A DNA stretch of 64,000 nucleotides. It comes from an uncultured bacterium (GTDB lineage: Bacteria > Chloroflexota > UBA5177 > JANWHV01). The DNA lies in the NCBI GenBank assembly GCA_963729625.1, contig CAVSOU010000010.1:544001-608000 (forward strand). The letters are read 5' to 3'. A program made the position numbers and the translations under genes. Below are positions 50,234-59,917 of this stretch, piece after piece. The notes beneath the pieces were generated by a model. That model was not told the origin of the DNA, searched no databases, and worked only from the letters and a program-made list of their open reading frames with translations. Every line of letters starts with the position of its first letter. Positions within the stretch are counted from its first letter, which is position 1.

Positions 50234-51127
50234 GTGCGTCGAATGGGGGCCTATGAGCGGCGCAACTTGCGCCTCGGCTTGTTCTTCGTCAGCCCCTGGC
50301 TCATTGGGTTGCTGGCCTTCTACCTCTACCCGATCGGCTCCTCGCTGTACTACAGCTTCACCGACTACAACGTGCTGCGGCCGCCGAGCTGGGTCGGGCT
50401 GGACAACTACCGGGCCATCCTCAGCGACCCGCTCTTCCAGACGTCGCTCAGCAACACGGCATTCCTAGTATTTGTCGGCATCCCCATCTACACGGTGGCG
50501 GATATCGCTGTCGCCATCCTCCTCAACAGCAAGGTGCCCGGCCAGACGTTCTACCGGGCCGTCGTGTTCTTGCCAACGCTGATTCCGGTAGTGGTGCTCT
50601 CCATCCTCTGGCAACGGCTCCTGGAGCCCCAAGCCGGACTGGTCAACCAGCTTCTGGGCTCGTTTGGCATAAATGGGCCCGGCTGGTTCGCCAGTCCGGA
50701 CTGGGCCAAGCCGGGGTTCATCCTGATGTCGCTCTGGGGGACGGGGAATGCTGTGGTGATCTACCTGGCCGGTCTACAGAATGTGGACAATACGCTTTAC
50801 GAGGCGGCCGACGTGGATGGCGCCAACTGGCGGCACAAGATCTGGCACGTCACCCTGCCCAGCCTCTCGCCGGTGATCCTCTTCAACGTGATCCTGGCGA
50901 TCATCGCCTCCTTTCAGTTCTTCACCCAGGCCTTCATCATCACGAACGGCGGGCCGATCAACGCCAGCCTGTTCTATTCGCTGTACCTGTACCAGCAGGG
51001 ATTCTCGTATCTCCACATGGGCTACGCCTCGGGGCTGGCCTGGATACTCCTGGTCATTGCGCTGGCCCTGACGGTGGTCGTACTGCGCAGCTCAGCGAGG
51101 TGGGTGTACTATGCAGGCTCCCGATAG
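50234..51127 (+). CDS. Carbohydrate ABC permease (MalF-like)
   Basis: FVSPWLIG, WVGLDNY, YLAGLQNVDNTLYEAADVDGAN. Confidence 0.93.
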   Translation: MRRMGAYERRNLRLGLFFVSPWLIGLLAFYLYPIGSSLYYSFTDYNVLRPPSWVGLDNYRAILSDPLFQTSLSNTAFLVFVGIPIYTVADIAVAILLNSKVPGQTFYRAVVFLPTLIPVVVLSILWQRLLEPQAGLVNQLLGSFGINGPGWFASPDWAKPGFILMSLWGTGNAVVIYLAGLQNVDNTLYEAADVDGANWRHKIWHVTLPSLSPVILFNVILAIIASFQFFTQAFIITNGGPINASLFYSLYLYQQGFSYLHMGYASGLAWILLVIALALTVVVLRSSARWVYYAGSR

Positions 51128-52007
51128 ACCGGGCGGGGTGCAAGGCGCGGCAGCCGTGCTGGCCACCCGCTGGCCGCACCCGTCAGTGCACAGGATTTCG
51201 CGGTTCGTGATACTGGAAGCGCTCCTCATCCTGATGGCCCTGATCTTCTTGATCCCGTTCGCGTACCTGATCTCGACGTCCCTCAAGTCGGATACGCAGC
51301 TGTTCACGCGCAATATCGAATGGATACCGCACCCGTTCGTGTGGTCCAACTACCGTGATGCCGTGAACCAGTTTCCCTTCGCGCAGTACTTCGCCAACAC
51401 CATGACCATCTGTATCCCGGTGGTGATCGGGGCCACGGCCTCCTCTTCCTTCGTGGCCTACGGCTTCTCGCGCCTGGTCTGGCCCGGCCGGGAGACGCTG
51501 TTCATCGTGGTGCTGGGCACCCTGATCCTGCCCTACCAGGTGACCATGATCCCGCTGTTCCTGCTCTTCCGCAGCTTCGGCTGGATCAACACCTACCTGC
51601 CGCTGATCGTGCCCGCCTTCTTCGGCAATGCGTTCTTCATCTTCCTCTTCCGCCAGTTCTACCTGGGACTGCCGACGGAGCTCTCGGACGCCGCGCGCAT
51701 CGACGGGTGCAGCGAGCTGGGTATCTTCGCCCGTATCATCCTGCCGCTCTCCAAGCCAGTGCTGGCGACGGCTGCGATCTTCTCCTTCATCGGCGCGTGG
51801 AGCGACTTCCTGGGGCCGTTGATCTACCTGAACGACTCGAGCAAGTACACCCTCTCCATCGGCGTGCAGCAGGTGATCGGCCTGGAACCGCACTGGACGT
51901 GGCTGATGGCCATCGGCGTGATCATGACCACCCCGATCTTGATCCTGTTCTTCTTCGTGCAGCGCACCTTCATCCAGGGCATCAGCTTTTCGGGCATCAA
52001 GGGGTAA
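51111..52007 (+). CDS. Carbohydrate ABC permease (MalG-like)
   Basis: AYGFSRLVWPGRE, LPTELSDAARIDGC, WSDFLGPLIYL, QRTFIQGI. Confidence 0.93.
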   Translation: MQAPDRPGGVQGAAAVLATRWPHPSVHRISRFVILEALLILMALIFLIPFAYLISTSLKSDTQLFTRNIEWIPHPFVWSNYRDAVNQFPFAQYFANTMTICIPVVIGATASSSFVAYGFSRLVWPGRETLFIVVLGTLILPYQVTMIPLFLLFRSFGWINTYLPLIVPAFFGNAFFIFLFRQFYLGLPTELSDAARIDGCSELGIFARIILPLSKPVLATAAIFSFIGAWSDFLGPLIYLNDSSKYTLSIGVQQVIGLEPHWTWLMAIGVIMTTPILILFFFVQRTFIQGISFSGIKG

Positions 52008-52071
52008 CAGCCATGCCGAGTTCCGCCGCCTTGGCGGAGCTACGGATCTACGCATCTAGAGGAGAATCACG

Positions 52072-52506
52072 GTGATCAAAGGCCTTGGCCACATTGCCTT
52101 TCGAGTGACCGCGCTCGACCCGGCACTCAACTTCTACTGCAACATCTTGGGCTTCCGCGAAGCCTTCCGCCTCGACCGGGAAGGGGACCGCTCCCCCTGG
52201 ATCGTCTACATCCAGGTTGCCCCCGGCCAGTTCATTGAGCTCTTCCCGTTTGCCGACAAGGTTGGCTCGCAGCCGGGTGAGGATGCAGGCTATAACCATT
52301 TCAGCCTGGCGGTCGACGATATCCACGCTACCGTACGACAGCTTGGCGCACGCGGCCTGAAGATTGATGGAGAGCCGACTCGCGGCCTGGATGGCAACTT
52401 CCAATACTGGGTGACCGACCCCGACGGCAACCGCATCGAGCTGATGCAAATTGAGCCCGAGTCGCCGCACGCCGCCGCGGACGCCACCTGGACCGGCCTG
52501 CGCTAG
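52072..52506 (+). CDS. VOC family protein, paralog 3
   Basis: GLGHIAF...FIELFP...YNHFSLAVDD...DPDGNRIELM; AGGAG SD. Confidence 0.9.
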   Translation: MIKGLGHIAFRVTALDPALNFYCNILGFREAFRLDREGDRSPWIVYIQVAPGQFIELFPFADKVGSQPGEDAGYNHFSLAVDDIHATVRQLGARGLKIDGEPTRGLDGNFQYWVTDPDGNRIELMQIEPESPHAAADATWTGLR

Positions 52507-52808
52507 GCGCGGAGCGGGAATGTCGCTGGTCTGTCTCTGAACGGCGCCGGCACGTAGGCAAGCCTCGACGCACGGCTTGACGCTCACATGACACCGGGAC
52601 CCGACCCGAGGGCGACGGCCGATCGTAGTTGGCTGCTGGTTCGGAGCTCAGACAGGTCGTGGCGGCGTCACCGCTGCCGGTGTTGTGCGGCGCGCCACTG
52701 GCATCCTACAATCGTCCGGCCACTTTCGCAGGTGGCTGGCTCAATGACGGCGCGACGCATAGATTGCCGATCGCGTGATTTATTCGCGGTCTGGATGGAG
52801 GCACGCAG

Positions 52809-53924
52809 ATGAGCAATGGAATGGAACCGGTCGGAGTCGGCGTCGTTGGTTGCGGCAACATCAGCGCGAAGTACATGGAGAATCTTCTGCGGTTGTCGCC
52901 GGTTCGCCTCGCCGCCTGCGCGGACCTCGATGCCGGACGAGCGAAGGCGCGAGCCGCGCAGTTTGGTATCAGGGCCCTTTCGGTGGAGGAGTTGCTCGCG
53001 GACCAGTCTATCGAGCTCGTGCTTAACCTGACGGTTCCTCAAGCGCACGAGCAGGTTGCCTGCCTTGCGCTGAGTGCCGGCAAGCATGTCTACAACGAGA
53101 AGCCGCTGAGCATTTCCAGCCAGGCCGCCCGCAGGGTGCTGGACGAGGCACAGCGCCAGCACTTGCTAGTTGGCTGCGCACCTGACACATTCCTCGGGGG
53201 CGGGCTACAGACATGTCGCAAGCTGATCGATGACGGGTGGATCGGCGAACCGGTCGCGGCAACGGCCTCCATCATGTTGCACGGGCATGAGAGCTGGCAC
53301 CCCGATCCCGCCTTCTTTTACCAGCGGGGCGGCGGCCCTATGCTCGACGTTGGGCCCTACTACGTGACCGCTTTGGTCTCTCTTCTCGGCCCAGTCCGTC
53401 GCGTCACCGGCTCGACGCGCGTGACTTTCGCGCAGCGCACTGTAACGAGCCAGCCGAAGTACGGCGTCAAGATAGAGGTCGAGGTGCCCACGCACTTTGC
53501 GGCTGTCGTGGACTTTGTGCAGGGAGCGGTCGCCACGCTTGTAGCCAGCTTTGACATCTGGTCCTCCAATGTACCGCTGCTTGAGCTCTATGGCACGCAG
53601 GGATCGCTCAGTCTGCCGGACCCGAACGAGTTCGGCGGACCGGTGCGCGTGCGGAGGGCGGGCGCTGGAGAATGGCGCGAGATGCCGCTCTCGCACGGCA
53701 ATACGCACAACGCGCGCGGGCTGGGCGTAGCCGACATGGCGCTGGCAATTCGCTCAGGACGGCCCCATCGCGCGAGCGGCGATCTGGCCTATCACGTGCT
53801 GGACGTCATGGAGGCAGTCGACAACGCCTCACGGGAGGCCTGTCACATCGAGATTACCAGCACGTGCGATCGCCCAGCACCCTTGCGTGTGGGCCCGGAA
53901 GACGGTGTGCTCGCGATGCAGTAG
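52809..53924 (+). CDS. Gfo/Idh/MocA-family oxidoreductase
   Basis: [48 protein letters not shown]. Confidence 0.92.
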   Translation: MSNGMEPVGVGVVGCGNISAKYMENLLRLSPVRLAACADLDAGRAKARAAQFGIRALSVEELLADQSIELVLNLTVPQAHEQVACLALSAGKHVYNEKPLSISSQAARRVLDEAQRQHLLVGCAPDTFLGGGLQTCRKLIDDGWIGEPVAATASIMLHGHESWHPDPAFFYQRGGGPMLDVGPYYVTALVSLLGPVRRVTGSTRVTFAQRTVTSQPKYGVKIEVEVPTHFAAVVDFVQGAVATLVASFDIWSSNVPLLELYGTQGSLSLPDPNEFGGPVRVRRAGAGEWREMPLSHGNTHNARGLGVADMALAIRSGRPHRASGDLAYHVLDVMEAVDNASREACHIEITSTCDRPAPLRVGPEDGVLAMQ

Positions 53925-54036
53925 AGGCTGTGCTGAGCTTTCCACGTGTACGGGCGCGCTCAGGCGCCGGGCTTCCGTCCTTACGAGAGGCACAGGCCTA
54001 CTCGAGCGAGGAGCAGCAGGAACGGTCGTTCGCGTC

Positions 54037-55425
54037 CTACGGCACGATCCCGTCCACCTCGAAGCTCGCGTTGCCGGGCACCACGAATGTCCTGCGGCCG
54101 TCGACGAGATTATAGGTATAGAGACCCGTGTCTGGCTGATCGTCTTTGCGCAGGACCAGTGTCTGGCTGTCAAGCCAGCCCATGACCCGGTACCCCGCGA
54201 CAAGGTCGGCTTTGCTCGCGCCGTTAGTTCGGGCAATGCAGGCAACCGGACGAATATACGGGGCGCGCACCCCTTTTGGATAGATGATGTCCAGCCTCGT
54301 ATACGCTATCAGCGTTTCGTCCGGCGATACGAACGCCTGCCTGCTGAACACATAGGTGCTCGGCGCCGGTTGCTTGGGCAGCGCGGGATCTCTGTGCTGC
54401 CCGGCGACATCGATCAATGTTATGTCGCGGCCCCTAAACGTCATTACCTCGAGGTTGGCAGGCAGCGGACCTTCCCCTGAAGGCAGTAGCGTGTCTTTGC
54501 TCGCAAACACCATGCTCTTGCCACCCGGACTTACCCCGAGCACCTCTCCCCGCGGCTGCGAATCCTCTCCGACTGGCGGAAGCCAATCGCCCACGAGATC
54601 GCCGGTTGCCGGGTCAAACTCCTCGAGGCCCCTGTGAAAACCGGTGAAGCCGTAGCTGTTCTGCACGAGTAGCGTGGCCGGATCCCCGTATCTCCAACCA
54701 TACACGATCGGCACGCTGCCGTCGGCGTCGATCGTTTGCTGCAGCAACACGCGGGCATTCCCACCGCCCTGGTCGGTCAGCACGATTCGACTTGCCGCCA
54801 TGCTGAACTTGACTCCCTGCCACGTCCCCGGCGTTACAAGCACCCAGGCGATATACCGCCCGTCGGGCGACGGCCACGCGTCGTATACCACCTCGTCGAC
54901 TGCCGTTGGAGGGGGGACCGGCGTACGGTGGCCGAAGATATCGCCAAGGTAAAACGCACCGTCGTAGTATACGAACTCTTGCCCGGTAAAGCGCGGACGC
55001 TTGAATGGCTCGGAGCTCGTCGACAGGTTGGACAGGGCAACGGGCGACCCGCCCACGGGCAGCAGCACGACCTGCATGCCGTCGTCGAACACTATCGCGT
55101 GGTCAAGCGCCCCCAGGCTGGGCAGCGATGGGGTGCTGGCAGGAATCGGTAGCCCTTGGGGAAGATGGGCGACCACAGGCGTACCCGTCGCGGTCGGCAA
55201 GTGAGTCGCCGTAGCTGTCGGCGTTGGCCGCAATCGAGTCGGTGTGGCGGTCGAGGTGGGCCGCAACCGCGGCCGAGTGGCGGTCGGCGACGGTTTGCCG
55301 GTGGGTCTTGCGGCCGCCGCCTGCACCCTCGAACGATGCGCCACCGCGTTGCCGCTCGTCATGATAGCTGAGATAGCCAGCAGCGCGACGACCGCGGTGG
55401 CTGCCAGTACGGCTAGTCGCTTCAT
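54037..55425 (-). CDS. Secreted protein with Pro/Thr-rich linker and TolB-like beta-propeller repeats
   Basis: ATGA overlap with the purD stop; signal peptide MKRLAVLAATAVVALLA; PTATRP linker; SPDGRYIAW, SPGGKSMVF, SPDETLIAY. Confidence 0.75.
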   Translation of the reverse strand: MKRLAVLAATAVVALLAISAIMTSGNAVAHRSRVQAAAARPTGKPSPTATRPRLRPTSTATPTRLRPTPTATATHLPTATGTPVVAHLPQGLPIPASTPSLPSLGALDHAIVFDDGMQVVLLPVGGSPVALSNLSTSSEPFKRPRFTGQEFVYYDGAFYLGDIFGHRTPVPPPTAVDEVVYDAWPSPDGRYIAWVLVTPGTWQGVKFSMAASRIVLTDQGGGNARVLLQQTIDADGSVPIVYGWRYGDPATLLVQNSYGFTGFHRGLEEFDPATGDLVGDWLPPVGEDSQPRGEVLGVSPGGKSMVFASKDTLLPSGEGPLPANLEVMTFRGRDITLIDVAGQHRDPALPKQPAPSTYVFSRQAFVSPDETLIAYTRLDIIYPKGVRAPYIRPVACIARTNGASKADLVAGYRVMGWLDSQTLVLRKDDQPDTGLYTYNLVDGRRTFVVPGNASFEVDGIVP

Positions 55426-56852
55426 TTGCCGAGCGATGCGTCGTCGGCGGCGATGTCCGTCCGGCTCCAGCACCCAGTGAACGTGACCGTCTCGCGCAGC
55501 TGGTACGCAGCGGTCCGGGCATCGTCAACTGTTCGCCCGCGCGATACGACGGTCAGCACGCGCCCGCCGCTCGTGATCACCTGGTTCTCCCGTCCTCGTG
55601 ACATCATCGCGGCCTGCCGGTCCGCAACCTGCCCTCCGGCCCGACTGGGCAGAACCATGCTGAAGAACGATCGTCCGCCAAACGCTCCCCGCATTGGTCG
55701 CGGCGCCTTTGGTGTGACCAGGCTCTCGGTCCTCACGAACGGATTCCTTGTACCGCTATGGAAGATCCAGCTCGACGATCCGGTGTCTCCCAGCCCGATG
55801 ATACCGTACCCGGTCTCAACCTCCCCCGGATACCCCTCGGACGCGACGACAACACCGCATGCCGCATCGCGGTTCCATGTGAGGGGTCTGATGCTACCAA
55901 GGTCGCCGTCGATCGCGGCGTCGAGAACAATGTAGAGGTCGGTGTCAAGTCTTGGCAACACGACCTGGGTCTCAGGATCGCCAAACCTGACGTTGAACTC
56001 GAGCACCTGCGGCCCCGCGCGTGTGATCATCAGGCCCGCGTACAGGACACCCTGGAACGGAACGCCGTCGGCCGCCATACCCTCGACAGTGGGCCGGACA
56101 ATCGTGGTCATGACCTGCTCGCACAGATCATCGGTCATGGTAGAAACGGGAGAATACGAGCCCATGCCCCCAGTCATCGGGCCGGCATCGCCATCGTAGG
56201 CGCGCTTGTAGTCGCGTGCCGGAGCCAGCGGAATAACCGTCTCGCCATCGGAAATCGCCATGAAGGATACTTCGTACCCGCTGAGGAAGCTTTCTACAGT
56301 TACGCGTTGCGCTGGCTCACGACCGCGCTGCTCCAACGCCAGCCGTGCCGCGCCGATGGCCACGTGTCGGTCATTGGCAATCGTGACGCCCTTGCCGCCT
56401 GCGAGGCCGTCCGCTTTCACCACGATCGGGTACTCGTCATCGCGGAGCCGGCGAAGATAGTGCTCGACCTCGGTCAGGTCGGCGAACTCTTTGTAGGGCG
56501 CTGTTGGGATGCCGTGTCGCACCATGAATGCCTTGGCAAAGGCCTTGCTGGTCTCCAACTGAGCGGCGGCACGCGTAGGCCCGAAGATCCGCAGCTTCCG
56601 CGCACGAAACACGTCAACCACTCCGAGCGCGAGCGAGGATTCGGGCCCAACTACGGTCAGATCGATCTTGTTCTCCTCGGCCCAGTCGGCCAGCGACTCC
56701 GGGTCCGCGGCAGAGATATTGACATTCGGACCGAGCAGATTGGTCCCATAGTTTCCAGGAGCAGTGTACACCGCATGGGTAGCTGGGCTGCGGCTCAGTT
56801 TCCATGCAAGCGCATGTTCTCGGCCGCCACTGCCGATCACCAGCACGTTCAC
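55422..56852 (-). CDS. purD: Phosphoribosylamine-glycine ligase
   Basis: VIGSGGREHALAWKL, VVKADGLAGGKGV, DYKRAYDGDAGPMTGGMG, LEFNVRFGDPETQ, TSGGRVL. Confidence 0.96.
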   Translation of the reverse strand: MNVLVIGSGGREHALAWKLSRSPATHAVYTAPGNYGTNLLGPNVNISAADPESLADWAEENKIDLTVVGPESSLALGVVDVFRARKLRIFGPTRAAAQLETSKAFAKAFMVRHGIPTAPYKEFADLTEVEHYLRRLRDDEYPIVVKADGLAGGKGVTIANDRHVAIGAARLALEQRGREPAQRVTVESFLSGYEVSFMAISDGETVIPLAPARDYKRAYDGDAGPMTGGMGSYSPVSTMTDDLCEQVMTTIVRPTVEGMAADGVPFQGVLYAGLMITRAGPQVLEFNVRFGDPETQVVLPRLDTDLYIVLDAAIDGDLGSIRPLTWNRDAACGVVVASEGYPGEVETGYGIIGLGDTGSSSWIFHSGTRNPFVRTESLVTPKAPRPMRGAFGGRSFFSMVLPSRAGGQVADRQAAMMSRGRENQVITSGGRVLTVVSRGRTVDDARTAAYQLRETVTFTGCWSRTDIAADDASLGK

Positions 56853-56856
56853 TACA

Positions 56857-58425
56857 TCATTCCCATTCGATCGTCGCCGGTGGTTTGGAGCTGATATCGT
56901 AGACCACCCGGTTGATCGCCGGTATCTCGTTGACCACGCGGTTCGCTATCGCCGCAAGGACATCGTACGGAATGCGCGCCCAATCGGCGGTCATCGCGTC
57001 GTCGCTCGTCACCGCGCGAATCGCCAGCACATTTGCGTATGTGCGATAGTCGCCCATCACGCCGACGCTTCGCAGCGGAGTCAGCACCGCGAACGACTGC
57101 CAGAGCTCACGATACAGCCCGGCCCGCTTGACCTCGGTCACGACAATATGGTCGGCGTCACGCAACACCCGCAGACGCTCCTCAGTCACTTCTCCCAGTA
57201 TTCGGACCGCGAGGCCAGGACCAGGAAACGGTTGCCGGAACACCATCGCCTCGGGAAGGCCGAGCGCCAGTCCAACTCTGCGGGCCTCATCTTTGAACAG
57301 GTAGCGCAGCGGCTCGACCAGATCGAACGGCAGATCATCTGGAAGGCCTCCGACGTTATGGTGCGTCTTGATCTTGACCGCATGACCCGTCTCGTGGCTT
57401 GTGCTTTCGATCACGTCCGGGTAAAGCGTACCCTGTGCGAGAAACCGCACGTCGCCGAACTCATGACGGATGCGCTCCGCCTCGGCTCGGAAGACGTCGA
57501 TGAACGTTCGCCCGATGACCATGCGCTTCTGCTCGGGATCCTCAATTCCCGCGAGCGCGCTCAGGAACCGCGATCGCGCGTCGGCGTGCTCGACACGAAT
57601 GTGCATGTCACGTTTGAAGGCCGTGAGCAGCTGTTCCCCCTCGTCCTTGCGTAGCAGTCCATTGTCCACGAACACGCAGATAAGGTGGTCGCCGATCGCC
57701 CTGGAGATCAGCGTCGCCGCCACGGCGCTGTCGACTCCGCCGCTCAGGCCACAAAGCACCCGCCCGTCTCCTACCTGGGCGCGAATTCGGGCGACCGACT
57801 CCTCGATCACGTTCTCAGGCGTCCACGTGCCATGGCAGCCGCAGATGTCGCGAACGAATGTGCGCAGCAGCGCCCGCCCAACCGGCGTGTGCACGACCTC
57901 AGGATGGAACTGCACGCCAACATGGCCTTTGTCATCGGCAATCGCGGCGATTGGCGTAGTTTCGGTTCTGCCGATGACGCGAAATCCTGGAGGGAGCTCG
58001 CCTACGGCATCGCCATGGCTCATCCAGGCTTTGAACGACGTGGGAAAACCGGCAAAAACACTGGCTTGCTCGAGCACCTCGACTTCTGCCGGGCCGTACT
58101 CACGTTGCTCGGAACCGACAATTGAGCCTCCCTGCTGATGTGCCAGCAGGTGCATTCCGTAGCAGATGCCGAGCACGGGAAGGCCGCTAGCCAACAACTC
58201 AACCGGCGCCTGAGGCGCGCCTGGCTCGTAGACGCTGGCAGGACCTCCGCTCAGCACGAATCCCTTGGGACGAAGTGCAGCAATAGCCTCCCAGGGAGTA
58301 CTGGGAGGCACCAGCTCACAGTAGACGCTGCAATCACGAATGCGCCTGGCTATCAGCCGGCTGTACTGTGATCCAAAGTCCAGTATGACGATTGTCTCGC
58401 GCGCGGGCGTGATCGCGGATGCCAT
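56857..58425 (-). CDS. guaA: GMP synthase (glutamine-hydrolysing)
   Basis: [47 protein letters not shown]. Confidence 0.98.
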   Translation of the reverse strand: MASAITPARETIVILDFGSQYSRLIARRIRDCSVYCELVPPSTPWEAIAALRPKGFVLSGGPASVYEPGAPQAPVELLASGLPVLGICYGMHLLAHQQGGSIVGSEQREYGPAEVEVLEQASVFAGFPTSFKAWMSHGDAVGELPPGFRVIGRTETTPIAAIADDKGHVGVQFHPEVVHTPVGRALLRTFVRDICGCHGTWTPENVIEESVARIRAQVGDGRVLCGLSGGVDSAVAATLISRAIGDHLICVFVDNGLLRKDEGEQLLTAFKRDMHIRVEHADARSRFLSALAGIEDPEQKRMVIGRTFIDVFRAEAERIRHEFGDVRFLAQGTLYPDVIESTSHETGHAVKIKTHHNVGGLPDDLPFDLVEPLRYLFKDEARRVGLALGLPEAMVFRQPFPGPGLAVRILGEVTEERLRVLRDADHIVVTEVKRAGLYRELWQSFAVLTPLRSVGVMGDYRTYANVLAIRAVTSDDAMTADWARIPYDVLAAIANRVVNEIPAINRVVYDISSKPPATIEWE

Positions 58426-58514
58426 CCAACTCCTGTCAAGCACTCAGCGCCACCGCGACATCATCTACAAGGTACCGAGTTTGGCCGTGCTCGTGTGCCG
58501 CGATCAGCGGCTCG

Positions 58515-59738
58515 CTAGCCGGCCGCGGCAACCAACGGAGCGCCCAGACCGGCTGCCGCTCGCAGCGCCGCTGCCTTGTCCGTCCTCTCCCACGGCAAGT
58601 CGAGGTCCGGCCGCCCAAAGTGGCCGTAGCTCGCCGTCTGCTGGTAAATCGGACGGCGCAGGTTGAGATCGCGCAAGATGGCCGCCGGCCGCAAATCGAA
58701 ATGCGCGCGGATGAGCCGTTCGATCAGCGAGTCGCTGACACGCGCCGTGCCGAAGCTCTCGATGCCGATCGACACGGGATGGGCTACTCCAATTGCGTAC
58801 GCAACGCGAACCTCGAATCGATCGGCAAGGCCGGCAGCAACAATGTTTTTGGCGACCCAGCGTGCCGCGTAGCTGGCCGACCGGTCAACCTTCGTCGGGT
58901 CTTTGCCCGAGAACGCTCCTCCACCATGTCGTGCCATGCCTCCATAGGTATCCACGATGATCTTGCGGCCGGTGAGACCGGCGTCACCCAACGGGCCGCC
59001 GATGACAAACCGCCCGGTCGGATTGACGAAATACCGAGTTGTCGAGTCGAGCATCGACTCGGGCACGACCGGGCGGACCACCAGCTCGAGCACGTCACGC
59101 CGGATCTGCTCGAGTGTGGCGTCAGGCGCGTGCTGCGTCGAGATCACCAGGGTGTCGACACGCGTGGGCCGGCCGTTCAGGTACTCGATCGAGACCTGAG
59201 ACTTGCCGTCCGGACGCAGATAGGGCAGCGTCCCGTCCTTCCGCACCGCCGCCAGCCGTCGTGTCAGGGCGTGCGCCAGACTGATCGGGAGCGGCATCAG
59301 CTCTGGTGTCTCCGTGCACGCGTACCCAAACATCATGCCCTGGTCACCCGCTCCCATCAGATCGAGCTCCGCATCGGTCGCCTCGCCTTCCCGCGTCTCA
59401 AGCGCGCTGTTCACGCCCTGCGCGATGTCGGGCGATTGCACGCCGATTGACGCCAGCACGCCGCAGGTCTCGAAGTCCAGGCCGTACGTGGCGTTCGTGT
59501 AGCCGATGCCCTGCACGACTTTGCGCACGAGAGGCCCGATGTCAACGAACCCGTTCGTCGTGATTTCGCCCATTACCACCACAAGGCCGGTCGTCGTAGC
59601 CGTCTCGCAGGCCACTCGTGACATCGGATCCTGGCGCAGCAGATCATCCAGCACCGCATCCGAGATCTGATCGCACATTTTGTCGGGGTGACCCTCGGTC
59701 ACCGATTCTGAAGTGAACAAGATTCGCTGGTTCTGCAT
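58515..59738 (-). CDS. metK: S-adenosylmethionine synthetase
   Basis: [49 protein letters not shown]. Confidence 0.98.
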   Translation of the reverse strand: MQNQRILFTSESVTEGHPDKMCDQISDAVLDDLLRQDPMSRVACETATTTGLVVVMGEITTNGFVDIGPLVRKVVQGIGYTNATYGLDFETCGVLASIGVQSPDIAQGVNSALETREGEATDAELDLMGAGDQGMMFGYACTETPELMPLPISLAHALTRRLAAVRKDGTLPYLRPDGKSQVSIEYLNGRPTRVDTLVISTQHAPDATLEQIRRDVLELVVRPVVPESMLDSTTRYFVNPTGRFVIGGPLGDAGLTGRKIIVDTYGGMARHGGGAFSGKDPTKVDRSASYAARWVAKNIVAAGLADRFEVRVAYAIGVAHPVSIGIESFGTARVSDSLIERLIRAHFDLRPAAILRDLNLRRPIYQQTASYGHFGRPDLDLPWERTDKAAALRAAAGLGAPLVAAAG

Positions 59739-59917
59739 GCTATTCCCCCACAACGAGATATGCGTGAATCCGGTTCCTTGAGGCCTGTGGCCGGACTGAT
59801 CGTTCCAACCGGGATACGCGAATAGTCATCTGCTCTGTCTTGGGCCGAGGCCACGCCCGATTTCTTGAGGTCGGGGAGAGCACGTCCTTTCAGACTTCCG
59901 GATTCGGCCAACCCCCC

